From a virus, in the IMG/VR virus record IMGVR_UViG_3300023213_000238: a stretch of 64,000 nucleotides of DNA; one strand, given 5' to 3'. The position numbers were made by a program, and so were the translations under genes. Numbering within the stretch: the stretch's first letter is position 1; each line of letters opens with the position of its first letter. Under the pieces are notes generated by a model. The model was not told where the DNA came from and ran no database searches. It was given only the letters and a program-made list of their open reading frames with translations. Below, one piece after another: positions 55,806 to 64,000 of this stretch.

Positions 55806-56044
55806 ACCCGGCCTGCCCGCGCTGCGGTGGTGAGCTGGAGCTGAGCCGGCCCGGTCCGCTGCCGCAGTGAATCGAATACGCGTGTCGCAGTTGCGACTTC
55901 TGGTGGGCAGCGAATACGAACACAACCTTCGAGGAGGCAATCGAGTATGAGCGGAGCCATAAGATTTCTAACTTTCAATCGACGCACGAAATCGCATCAC
56001 AAGCGAAAGCGCCGGAATCGGCGATGGAAGAGCGACGCATATAG
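55802..56044 (+). pseudogene. zinc-ribbon ORF interrupted by an in-frame TGA at 55868
   Basis: MNPACPRCGG..PLPQ*IEYACRSCDFWW; GTGA overlap at the start. Confidence 0.4.
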
Positions 56045-56231
56045 GTTCGCGCATCCAGGTCCTCAAGTCAGTTTTCATCTCTCGCCTACCGAATTGAGGC
56101 TTCTCAGTCAGTACCGAAAGAGGTTGGAGATCTACTTGCACAGGCGCGTCTCTCGCGAAGCGGCACTGAACGATCTTATTCGCTTTGGAAGCCGCGTTCT
56201 GATAGATATGAAGCTGATCCATGACCCATGA
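55947..56231 (+). CDS. basic protein with RHH-like C-terminus
   Basis: GAGGAGG SD; VSFHLSPTELRLL..SREAALNDLIR. Confidence 0.55.
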   Translation: MSGAIRFLTFNRRTKSHHKRKRRNRRWKSDAYRFAHPGPQVSFHLSPTELRLLSQYRKRLEIYLHRRVSREAALNDLIRFGSRVLIDMKLIHDP

Positions 56232-58306
56232 TCGTCGTCCCGACCCTCCACCCAGCTGCGATCCTCCGCGGTGAGGGCGAAGATAAAGGTCTCGTTCGCT
56301 TCCGTCTAACCGTCTCGGGAGACGTTCACCGCGCAATCGAGTACCTCCGGCGCAAGCCTCAGTGGGATGAGGCGGTCATCTGGGAGCGGGATGAACACGG
56401 CCGGCTCAAGAACCTCTTCCCAACGCTCGAGGAAGTCCGCCAGTTCTGCGTCGGAGCTTGGCGCGGGGAGATCTACGCCGATATCGAGACGACGGGCGAG
56501 GAGCCGCTAAACTGCAAGATCCTCTGCATCGGGATGTGCGATCAGAACGGCCGCGCGATCTGCGTCCCATTCCTGAAGAAGGGCGGAGCACCCTACTGGA
56601 AGCCCGAGGAAGAGAAGCAGGTAGTCTCTTGGATCGGTTGGCTCTTCAAGGATATAGAAACGCTGAAGGTCGCGCATAACGGCGTCAACTTCGATGGCGT
56701 AGTTCTGACTCCGTTCGGAATGCCGATTCTCGGCCCCGTCGACGATACGATGCAAATGTCGCACGTCCAAGACGGCGAGATGCCGCATAAGCTCGCGTTT
56801 GTTGGATCGACGCGGACCGAGGTTCCTTACTACAAGGACGATGTCAAGGGCAAAGCAGCGTGGATCGACATTGATGAGGTGGATCTGCGCAGCTACAACT
56901 TGCGAGATTGCCTGACTACGCGAGCGATCCGAAAGCCGCTCCTTGATAAGCTCCGCGAACTCGGTCTCGGGGGTCTCTACCATGAGGAGATGCAGGTCTG
57001 CCGCATCATGGCGCGAGCGAGCTTGCGCGGGATCACGGTCGATCGAAAGAAACGCGACGAGAACTTCCAGTTCTACCGCACGGCGGCCGATAAGGCGCTC
57101 GGGTCGCTATGCGCGATCGCCGAGAATCCAGAATTCAATCCGCGCTCGCATCCGCAACTCGTCGAGGTCCTGTTCGATCGGCTGAAATTCCCGGTCGTCA
57201 GACGGTCGAAAAAGACTGAAGGTCCGTCAACGGACAAGAACGCGATGGTGCTCCTGGCAATTCACGCAGAGCGCCCTGAGCAGGTCCAGTTCTTAGTCAA
57301 TCTGATCTCCTACCGCAAGAACGACAAGATGGCGACGTGGATCGACTCGATGCCGATTCTGCCCGACGGGCGCGTGCATGCCCAGTGGAATCACCTGCCG
57401 GTTACCGGGCGCCTCTCCAGCTCGCCCAACATGCAGAACTGGAACAAGAAGATCAAGTCGATGTTCATGGCCGGTCCCGGCATGCGGATCGTTTCGGTTG
57501 ACCTCTCGCAGGCCGAGCTGCGCGCCGAGGCCTACTTCGCATTCGATCAAGAATTTCTCCGCATGTACCGGCTCGGCGTCAACGCGCATACTGCGAACAC
57601 GACATTGCTCTTTGGCGTCCGCTGCGCGAATCCGAACGATACCAACCCGGCAACCGAGGAGTATTTGCGGGAGGCGTGTCGCAAGTACCGCAGCTGCGAA
57701 TTAGAATCGCTGCCGCTCGCAGTGAGCAAGGACAAGTGGAAGCAGTTCAGAACGCTGGCCAAGATCGCGATCTTCACTTGGTTCTATGGCGGACTGCCGC
57801 AGACGCAGCTCCAACAACTAGGCAGCAAACGGGATCCAGATACAGATGAGCTACTCTTCCCGAAGCTGACCCTGCGTGACATGGAATCGTTTAACGCAAT
57901 GGCGGCGCTTCTACACCCGGACATCGTAGCGTATCAGGATCGGCTCGTTGCACAGGTGAAAGGCCAGGGCTATTACCGCTGTCCTCTCTCAGGCCGAATG
58001 ATCTGGTTCCGTGCCGGATTCGGCCGTAACAAGATTCTTGACTATCCGAATCAGATGCTGGTAGCTTCCCGCGTGAACAAAGGCATGATTGCGATCGATG
58101 AGAAACTACGGCGGTACTGCCCTGGTGCGGTCATTGTCCAGCAGGTCCACGACTGCCTAAACGTCGAGACGCCAGAGGAGCATATCAAGACGGTCGGAGA
58201 GATCCTCTATGAGGAGTTCCAGCGGCCGTTCGCGCTGCCTGGATTCGAACAGGCGCTGCTTCCCGCCGAGCCGGCAACGAACGGGATCTACTTCCATGAG
58301 GTCTAG
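56228..58306 (+). CDS. family A DNA polymerase with 3'-5' exonuclease and the C-terminal fragment of the UDG domain
   Basis: MIVVPTLHPAAILR; ExoI DIETTG, ExoII HNGVNFD, ExoIII YNLRD; TGRLSS.PNMQN, DLSQAELR, R..AK..F..YG, VHD. Confidence 0.92.
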   Translation: MIVVPTLHPAAILRGEGEDKGLVRFRLTVSGDVHRAIEYLRRKPQWDEAVIWERDEHGRLKNLFPTLEEVRQFCVGAWRGEIYADIETTGEEPLNCKILCIGMCDQNGRAICVPFLKKGGAPYWKPEEEKQVVSWIGWLFKDIETLKVAHNGVNFDGVVLTPFGMPILGPVDDTMQMSHVQDGEMPHKLAFVGSTRTEVPYYKDDVKGKAAWIDIDEVDLRSYNLRDCLTTRAIRKPLLDKLRELGLGGLYHEEMQVCRIMARASLRGITVDRKKRDENFQFYRTAADKALGSLCAIAENPEFNPRSHPQLVEVLFDRLKFPVVRRSKKTEGPSTDKNAMVLLAIHAERPEQVQFLVNLISYRKNDKMATWIDSMPILPDGRVHAQWNHLPVTGRLSSSPNMQNWNKKIKSMFMAGPGMRIVSVDLSQAELRAEAYFAFDQEFLRMYRLGVNAHTANTTLLFGVRCANPNDTNPATEEYLREACRKYRSCELESLPLAVSKDKWKQFRTLAKIAIFTWFYGGLPQTQLQQLGSKRDPDTDELLFPKLTLRDMESFNAMAALLHPDIVAYQDRLVAQVKGQGYYRCPLSGRMIWFRAGFGRNKILDYPNQMLVASRVNKGMIAIDEKLRRYCPGAVIVQQVHDCLNVETPEEHIKTVGEILYEEFQRPFALPGFEQALLPAEPATNGIYFHEV

Positions 58307-58307
58307 C

Positions 58308-58610
58308 ATGAGCGACAACATCATTCCTTTCAAAGGTCCGCCGATAGAGCCAGATTGGTACACCGATTTCAGGCATGCAGTCTATTTCATCGCCGGTCAT
58401 TACGCGGCTGAACAGGTTCGAGAGGTGCAAAAGCATGCAACCTGGAGCGGCAGAAGTCTCTCAGCAGATGAGATTGCAACCATCTTTCGCGCTGAAGCAA
58501 AATTCATGGTCGAAAAAATAAGCAAGACAGCAAAAGTTTCAGCGACCGGAGAGCAGGCGAAGCCCAAGGTGCTAGTCGTATACTCTGACACGTCGGTAGA
58601 GGCGAAGTAG
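58308..58610 (+). CDS. hypothetical protein
   Basis: MSDNIIPF start directly after the polymerase stop. Confidence 0.55.
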   Translation: MSDNIIPFKGPPIEPDWYTDFRHAVYFIAGHYAAEQVREVQKHATWSGRSLSADEIATIFRAEAKFMVEKISKTAKVSATGEQAKPKVLVVYSDTSVEAK

Positions 58611-58676
58611 CCGCGCGTTATGCCGACTGCGATCATATCAACGGGATAGTGGACTGGGGCGGCTTTCCGGTCGCTG

Positions 58677-58967
58677 GTGTTGCAAATGATGACGGATGAA
58701 GAGGCACGTCGACTCGCGCATGGTGCCGAACACGACAAAGGATGGACAAGTATGAGTATTGAGTTCGAAGGTAGAATCTACTGCAAGTGTGGATGGGCCT
58801 ATTTGGTGCTCAAGAGCGAGATCATATCGGATAGTCAAGGATCTCGTCGCAGCCGAATCTTTTCAAAGGACTTCGTCTGTACGAGCTGTGGCGAGCTGCT
58901 AGTCGCCTTCAAGGCACCGGAGGATCCGGCGGACGTGGAACCCATTGCTGATCTGTGCCTGGTGTAG
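58677..58967 (+). CDS. small Cys-motif protein
   Basis: CKCG..CTSCG. Confidence 0.5.
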   Translation: MLQMMTDEEARRLAHGAEHDKGWTSMSIEFEGRIYCKCGWAYLVLKSEIISDSQGSRRSRIFSKDFVCTSCGELLVAFKAPEDPADVEPIADLCLV

Positions 58968-59535
58968 CTTCGCGTAGCGAGCAGTCGTCGCAAACCTGAA
59001 GCGATAAAACCGGGTGCAGCTCGATCCCGTTCGGAGCGGCGCCCTTCTGACCGCGCGGTTTATCCCAGAATCCTACGCCCGTGATCTTGAGACGTCGAGG
59101 GATTGCGATCTCGATGTACTTGGCTGATACCGGCTCTCCGATCATATAGGCGAATTGGAAGCGAACCGTTTCGATCTGAGACTGAAAGACCTCAGTCGTT
59201 TTCTTCTTCGTGCATTTCGGGTCGACAATCTCGATGATCATCGTAGCGCCTGAAGCTCCCTGGACGACGACGTGATAGTCGCTATCGGCTTCGAGCTTGT
59301 AGCCAATCACGTCCGCCGTGACCTCGTAAACGAATTTCTCGACGAGATCTCTTCTCATCTTCGGGCGCCACCGCCGCGGTAGTGTCATCGAAGTCAGCTC
59401 CTCGACCGTCATCGGGATCGGGTCAAGGTCGATCTTCCGAGCAGCTCTGTCTGACAGATTCTTGATCCAGGCGCGCTCGACCGCGCACTCGGGTGCTGAT
59501 ACTAGCGCGAAGCTCAGCATGACTGCTGCGATCAT
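58909..59535 (-). CDS. exported protein, OB-fold-like
   Basis: Signal peptide MIAAVMLSFALVSA; CAVERAWIK, EADSDYHVV, ITGVGFWD, IELHPVL. Confidence 0.6.
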   Translation of the reverse strand: MIAAVMLSFALVSAPECAVERAWIKNLSDRAARKIDLDPIPMTVEELTSMTLPRRWRPKMRRDLVEKFVYEVTADVIGYKLEADSDYHVVVQGASGATMIIEIVDPKCTKKKTTEVFQSQIETVRFQFAYMIGEPVSAKYIEIAIPRRLKITGVGFWDKPRGQKGAAPNGIELHPVLSLQVCDDCSLREATPGTDQQWVPRPPDPPVP

Positions 59536-60014
59536 TTCTCGAAACCTCCGAGGTTGACTCTCCACTCGATCGAGAGCGTCGAGGCCGGCGTACAGACGAC
59601 CCTAAACGTATCCGTGAACGGAAGTGGTTCAGCGAAACTGTAATCGCGTCGCCCATACCCGGCCGAACCAAAGATCACGCGATCCGTGATGAGCTTTGCT
59701 CCAGGCGGGTTCTCGAGGCTTAAAATACCGAGCTGAACCGGATTGGCATTGCCAGGAAGGGTTGTCTGGACGGCCTGAAACCCGAGATAGACAAGGTAGA
59801 AGGTCTTGCCGACCGGTACCACATGAGACAGAATGGCCTGGTCGACGGTCAAAGTGGTCGTCGTTAGAACCGCAGTCAACATGACGCGGTTCACAGCCTG
59901 CTCTACGAGAGTCGTCTCGAGGCGACCATCGGCGCCGACACGAACCAGAATCGTATCGCCCGTCGGAGAGGTTCCCCACAGCTCGACGGGCTGATGTGGA
60001 GCTGAACGCGACAA
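59532..60014 (-). CDS. beta-rich hypothetical (virion-like) protein
   Basis: TTG start; beta-strand pattern. Confidence 0.5.
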   Translation of the reverse strand: MSRSAPHQPVELWGTSPTGDTILVRVGADGRLETTLVEQAVNRVMLTAVLTTTTLTVDQAILSHVVPVGKTFYLVYLGFQAVQTTLPGNANPVQLGILSLENPPGAKLITDRVIFGSAGYGRRDYSFAEPLPFTDTFRVVCTPASTLSIEWRVNLGGFEK

Positions 60015-60056
60015 AAGAGCCCCACTCTACCGCAAAGTAAAGCGGTAAACGAGCCC

Positions 60057-60857
60057 TCAGTATTCGTTCAAGAACTGCTCGATATCGCGATGAGTCAGGT
60101 GAACGTACCGCAGCGTGGTCTGCATGCTGCGATGGCGCGCGGCCTTCTGAATGTCGAAAGCGTCGGCACCACGCCGGGCCAGCTTCGTAACGAAGGCGTG
60201 CCGAAGCATGTGGGGTCGCAATGACACATCGAGGCGCGCCTTTCGGCCGAGCTGGCGGATCATTCGATGCAGTAGATGGTACTGCGTAATGTAGCTCTTC
60301 GGCGAGAGGATTTCGCCGGCAACTGACCAGGCCAGTCCCTTCATGAGGATTATCCCGCGGCCGGGGGCTCTGGGCGCTTCGAGAAGCTCTTCAAGCAGCC
60401 TGAGGCACTTTGTCACCGTGACGAGTTCCTCTCTGTTCCCCTTGCCGAGCACCACCAGTTCGCCCGTTTTGAGCGCCCGCTGGACAGCTCGCCGAGTCAG
60501 CTTGAGCAACTCCTCGGCTCGAAGACCGATCGCCAATGGCAATAGTGCGAGTGCTCTTTTCCCGGCGGGAAGCCCGCGCGCCGCTCTCTCGTAGGCCGCT
60601 AGCTCCTCATCGCTCGGTATTTGGAGCACTCGCGAAATGGTCTTGGTCGCCGGCAATGCGCGGTCGATCCAGGTGCCGTCCGACCCATCCTCGCGGTGGG
60701 CTCGAGCTACAGCTGCGCGAAGGGCCGCCTTACAGCTTTCAGGCCAGTCACGGACAGAACGGGTTACCTGGCCAAAAGGCGGAGTTGTACGGCCGAAAGC
60801 CCTCTCCAGCATCCGGCCGTATTGCTGGACCGTTCTCGGTGCCAGCGCGCGAAGCAT
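60057..60857 (-). CDS. tyrosine recombinase/integrase (XerC/D-like)
   Basis: GLRAEE (R), VLGKG (K), HMLRH (HxxR), HRSMQTTLRY (H..Y). Confidence 0.92.
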   Translation of the reverse strand: MLRALAPRTVQQYGRMLERAFGRTTPPFGQVTRSVRDWPESCKAALRAAVARAHREDGSDGTWIDRALPATKTISRVLQIPSDEELAAYERAARGLPAGKRALALLPLAIGLRAEELLKLTRRAVQRALKTGELVVLGKGNREELVTVTKCLRLLEELLEAPRAPGRGIILMKGLAWSVAGEILSPKSYITQYHLLHRMIRQLGRKARLDVSLRPHMLRHAFVTKLARRGADAFDIQKAARHRSMQTTLRYVHLTHRDIEQFLNEY

Positions 60858-60860
60858 GGG

Positions 60861-61343
60861 CTATCGCCGCCTGCGACGGCGCCCCGAGCTACGACGACGA
60901 CCCCCTCGACGTTTCCCTCCCCCTCCCCCACTGAGAACGAGATAGGCACCGCCCGCGATCGCGGCAGCCGCAGCAAGACCAAGACCAGCAGCGCTAGGAC
61001 CAGGCGCAGAAGGGCCTGCTGGAGCGGCAGCAGCCGGCCTCCTGGCGAAGATCGTCATCGGCTCCATCGTTATAGTGGGTGCCGGCGGCGCCGAGTCCGT
61101 AGGGCCAAATAGCTGCTCTGGCGTCATACCGGCCGCTGCAATTATCTTCTGGAGAGCCGCAGCGGTTGCAGGACCGTAGATCCCGTCTGAAGTGAGGCCG
61201 GCGCCCGTCTGAAAATTCCTGACCGCGGAAGCCGTTGCTGGCCCATACTGACCATCGACACCAGTCGGGTAACCCGCCGTATTCAACATCTGCTGTAGAG
61301 CCGACACCTCGGGACCGCTGGAACCCTGTCGTAGTAGTGCCAT
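60861..61343 (-). CDS. peptidoglycan-binding domain protein with TM and Arg-rich tail
   Basis: LRQGSSGPEVSALQQML..VDGQYGPAT..AVRNFQ..DGIYGPAT; TM; RRSSGRRRRRR. Confidence 0.85.
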   Translation of the reverse strand: MALLRQGSSGPEVSALQQMLNTAGYPTGVDGQYGPATASAVRNFQTGAGLTSDGIYGPATAAALQKIIAAAGMTPEQLFGPTDSAPPAPTITMEPMTIFARRPAAAAPAGPSAPGPSAAGLGLAAAAAIAGGAYLVLSGGGGGKRRGGRRRSSGRRRRRR

Positions 61344-61496
61344 GCCAATAGGCTTAATGACAAAGCCTCGGCAATGCACGAAAACGCCGGCCTTGGCGCC
61401 TCACCTAGCGACCCCCGGACCGGCGCAGAGGGGTGAGAGGAAAACCGGCAGACGATCGGAAGCTGAAGCTATGCAACCGCCTACCGGAGCGCCGAT

Positions 61497-63098
61497 TTAC
61501 GAGGGACGAACCTCTGCGGGCGGAGCCGGCGGCTGCCGCCAGGTCGGATCGGGGATGGCAAGGCGAGTCACCGTTGGTGGTGATATTACCACGCGAGACG
61601 CTCTCCAGGCCTTGAACTCCTTCCAATACCCGCGCAGCGCATCGATCGCCCACGCCGTGCAGACCAGGCTGAACGCGATCTCTCCATAGAGACTGATTCC
61701 TTTGATGATGTTCATGGTTTCACCCTTCGGTTTTGAGCTTGAAACGGAGCGGGACGATAGATACCGGTCCGAGCGGAAACGGTTGTTCCTGCGGTTCCTT
61801 GTCGAGGTTCTTGATGCGGGGGAACAGTCTGGAGTCGTTATAGCAGGCCTCCCCCATGTGGATCAGCGCGGCCGAGATGGCTCGGCGTGCTGCCTCTGAT
61901 CTCGTAGAGCCGCTCGTGGTAATCCCGTTTGCGTACTTGTTGCCACTGATGCGCGCTACCCAAGGTACCGGTGCGCGCTCTTCTAGCTTCCATGTTTCCA
62001 GTTGCAGTGTGATCATCGTCGCCTCGCTTTCCTTTTCGCGGCAACCTCGGCCTTGACAACCTTCTCTAACACGAATGCCGCAAGCCAAGAGAGTGGTACG
62101 GAGTACACACGTCGCCGCCGCCGTGGGCGGACCAAGAACAGGCCGAGCTTCCGGTCAATCGTTACGGTAGCTTCCCGCTCCCCGTCAAATCCGCCATGAA
62201 CTCGGAAGTTTGCGAACCGGCGTTGCTTTTTTTGACCCGCCGGTTTTTCTGTGCCATCCTCCACAATGCGGGGGGATCCATTCATAGATTCAGTCTTTGA
62301 CTGCCTGGCGCCCATCACCTTGTCGGCGTAGGCGATCAGGTCTTCAACCGAGTCGCTCATCGCTGTGCCCACTCCTTCTTATTGAGAACGCGAACGACCT
62401 CGCGCACAGCGTCATCGAACGCTGCTGTTGGGTACGAGCCGGTGCCGATCGTCAGCCCGTTATCGGTCATGATGGAGCAGTCCCATGCCACGCCGTCGAA
62501 CGAGAATTCGATCGAATGTACGATCTCATCTTTGATGGAGATCTTCATCGGGTTGCCCTCGGTAGGTTGTTCGGCTTCCGGCGCTTCTTGAAGCGGCCGA
62601 GCAGCTCGTTGGCATCGAAGCGCGGGCCAAGCCGGTCGAACGAAGCCAGCTCGATCAGAGCATCCTGGAGCGCATACGTTGAGATCGTGCTGCGCATCCA
62701 GCGAGATGCCGGAATCGCCAGCTTCGCGATCTTCTCCAACGCCTCCAGGTACTGCTCACTGACCAAGATCTGACGATTCTCCTTCATGAGATCACTCCTT
62801 TGAAGGCCTCGGGTAGTTCCTTCGCGAGTCTGGCACGGAAATCGAGATAGTAACCTGTCCAAACCGAGAGGGCGATGTTCACACAGCGCTTCGTTTCATC
62901 GAGACGGGAGGCGTTCAACTTTTGGATTTCGCCAACGTGCTCAGCGTAGGCGCGCACGTACTGAGCGCGGAGTTCCTCGCCGCGCATCATGAGATTGCAG
63001 AACTTGTTGTTCTCTTCTTGCAACGCCTTGATTCGTTGCTCGAGTTCCATGACGAGATTTCTCAACTCGATGTTGGCTGCGTCTAAATGTTCGATCAC
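61497..63098 (-). CDS. six small coupled hypothetical genes (61497-61715, 61720-62016, 62013-62360, 62357-62548, 62545-62787, 62784-63098)
   Basis: Starts set by ATGA/GTGA overlaps; early-region-like. Confidence 0.5.
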
Positions 63099-63733
63099 GA
63101 TCCGCTCCTTTTCGCCTGGAACCGCCTGAGTACGGCCAAGGACCTCTCCGCGCTCTGCCGGCGGGTGGTAAGCGACTTGATCCTTTTGGTCAGCCGCGCG
63201 ATCTGCTCTTCGCGCTTGGCGATCTTCACCTCGATCGGTGGCGGCTTGGCGGCGAGCCGGACCTTCTCTTCGACGTGTTCCTTCTTTAGCGCGAGGCCAT
63301 GCGCGATCTCGCCGAGGTTCCATCGCTGCTTGACGATGTACCGGCAGGCACGATCGACCAGGCGAGCATGGAACTTATCGTGAGGGCGATGCGGTGGTGG
63401 GAGCGGCGTGAGCTGGTCCTGCGGGCGGCCCAGTGAGATCTGGGTCTGCCGGATCGCTTGGATCCGGCGCTCTTCGTCATGGCGACCATCCCAGAAGTGC
63501 GCGAACTCGTGAGCGACCAGGAGCCAGTTGAGGCAATCGACGTTCAGCAGGATTCGATTGCTGAAGCCCTTGCTGATGCGGCTACCGGATGTGAATTGAA
63601 CTGCGCAGTCTGGCGTGCCGAAGTGGCGCACCAGCTTCGCGACCGCAATTAACGCTTCTTCCGGCGTCAGCTTTGTCGCGTAGAGCTGCGGCCAACGTTT
63701 GGCTTCGTTGTCGTAGTATTTCAGGTGAGGCAT
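63095..63733 (-). CDS. SprT/WLM-like metalloprotease candidate with C-terminal coiled coil
   Basis: VAHEFAH (HExxH) and PHDKFH. Confidence 0.55.
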   Translation of the reverse strand: MPHLKYYDNEAKRWPQLYATKLTPEEALIAVAKLVRHFGTPDCAVQFTSGSRISKGFSNRILLNVDCLNWLLVAHEFAHFWDGRHDEERRIQAIRQTQISLGRPQDQLTPLPPPHRPHDKFHARLVDRACRYIVKQRWNLGEIAHGLALKKEHVEEKVRLAAKPPPIEVKIAKREEQIARLTKRIKSLTTRRQSAERSLAVLRRFQAKRSGS

Positions 63734-63778
63734 GTGCTTTGCTCCTTTGAAGTGGGTTTTCCAGTCCCACTGTGATTG

Positions 63779-63994
63779 CTACGTTACCACAATCTCCTTT
63801 GGAAGTCCAATCGCCCTCAGTCCGGCCTCCGTAATCTCCATCGGGCGATCCCACCGATTCAAGATGCCCCAGAGCCTTTCATGCTCGCTCTGTTCGATGT
63901 AGGTAGCGAAGCCGTACTTCGCGAGGCGCTGTTTCGTTGGCCGGCCGGTTCGAGGCTGGCGGCCGGCGGCGAGGTCTTTGAGAGCTTGCTTCAT
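63779..63994 (-). CDS. small basic hypothetical protein
   Basis: 71-aa ORF at the window edge; the true start may lie outside the window. Confidence 0.4.
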   Translation of the reverse strand: MKQALKDLAAGRQPRTGRPTKQRLAKYGFATYIEQSEHERLWGILNRWDRPMEITEAGLRAIGLPKEIVVT

Positions 63995-64000
63995 CGTTCT

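Noticed and set aside
55868-55870. Genome-wide TGA recoding (alternative genetic code)
   Set aside because: Many genes end in TGA with ATGA or TGATG coupling and long ORFs are intact, so the standard code 11 fits.
47300-56270. Split intein, intron or target-site duplication at the UDG/Pol split
   Set aside because: No Cys/Ser-start or His-Asn-end intein motifs, no recognisable intron ends and no convincing direct repeat; the AAGCCTGATG match at ~47351 and ~51896 is explained by stop/start overlaps.
61380-61496. GC-rich hairpins upstream of the PG-binding gene as ncRNA or attP
   Set aside because: Stems are imperfect and expected at this GC content; no matching second copy was found.
328-63854. 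Many 60-270 aa ORFs antisense to or overlapping the called genes (e.g. 14197-15009, 30311-31063, 27527-28339, 4757-5383)
   Set aside because: Shadow ORFs of GC-rich coding strands; no motifs, SD sites or coupling.
1-64000. CRISPR array, rRNA or complete tRNA genes
   Set aside because: No regularly spaced repeats were seen; the only T-arm hit outside coding sequence (29815-29831) lacks an anticodon arm.
1-64000. Apparent abundance of GATC/CGATCG/TCGA (HIP1-like)
   Set aside because: Visual impression only; not counted, and it may simply reflect Ile-Asp/Ile-Glu codon usage. It needs a Markov-model test.

Overview
The whole window looks like the genome, or most of the genome, of a GC-rich bacterial dsDNA virus. 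I see no host housekeeping genes, rRNA, complete tRNA or CRISPR array. I also see no Caudoviricetes hallmarks (terminase, portal, HK97 capsid, tail tube/sheath, tape measure). A ~20 kb minus-strand morphogenesis operon (21760 to ~2000) encodes a transglutaminase-like Cys protease, protamine-like Arg-rich proteins, a 235-aa candidate single jelly-roll major capsid protein, three paralogous two-domain beta proteins, many small membrane proteins, signal-peptide-bearing spike-like proteins, a minimal CPBP protease and three peptidoglycan hydrolases. This suggests a tailless, membrane-containing virus (inference, needs structure prediction). Many of these proteins share an N-terminal MI(L/F)xD(F/Y)(S/G) leader or an aromatic-Gly motif that may be a maturation signal. 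The 23-29 kb region is an acidic, anti-defence-like island (Ocr-like, RadC/JAB). The 36.9-58.3 kb region is a replication module: AAA_25 helicase with an apparent CTG start, SNF2 helicase, MT-A70 methylase, PD-(D/E)XK nuclease, Sak4-like ATPase, SSB-like protein and family A polymerase. Its uracil-DNA-glycosylase domain is split into two genes 8.9 kb apart. A tyrosine recombinase lies at 60.0-60.9 kb. Family calls come from motif recognition by eye, not database searches. Many start codons were moved relative to the ORF track using stop/start overlaps and SD sites.
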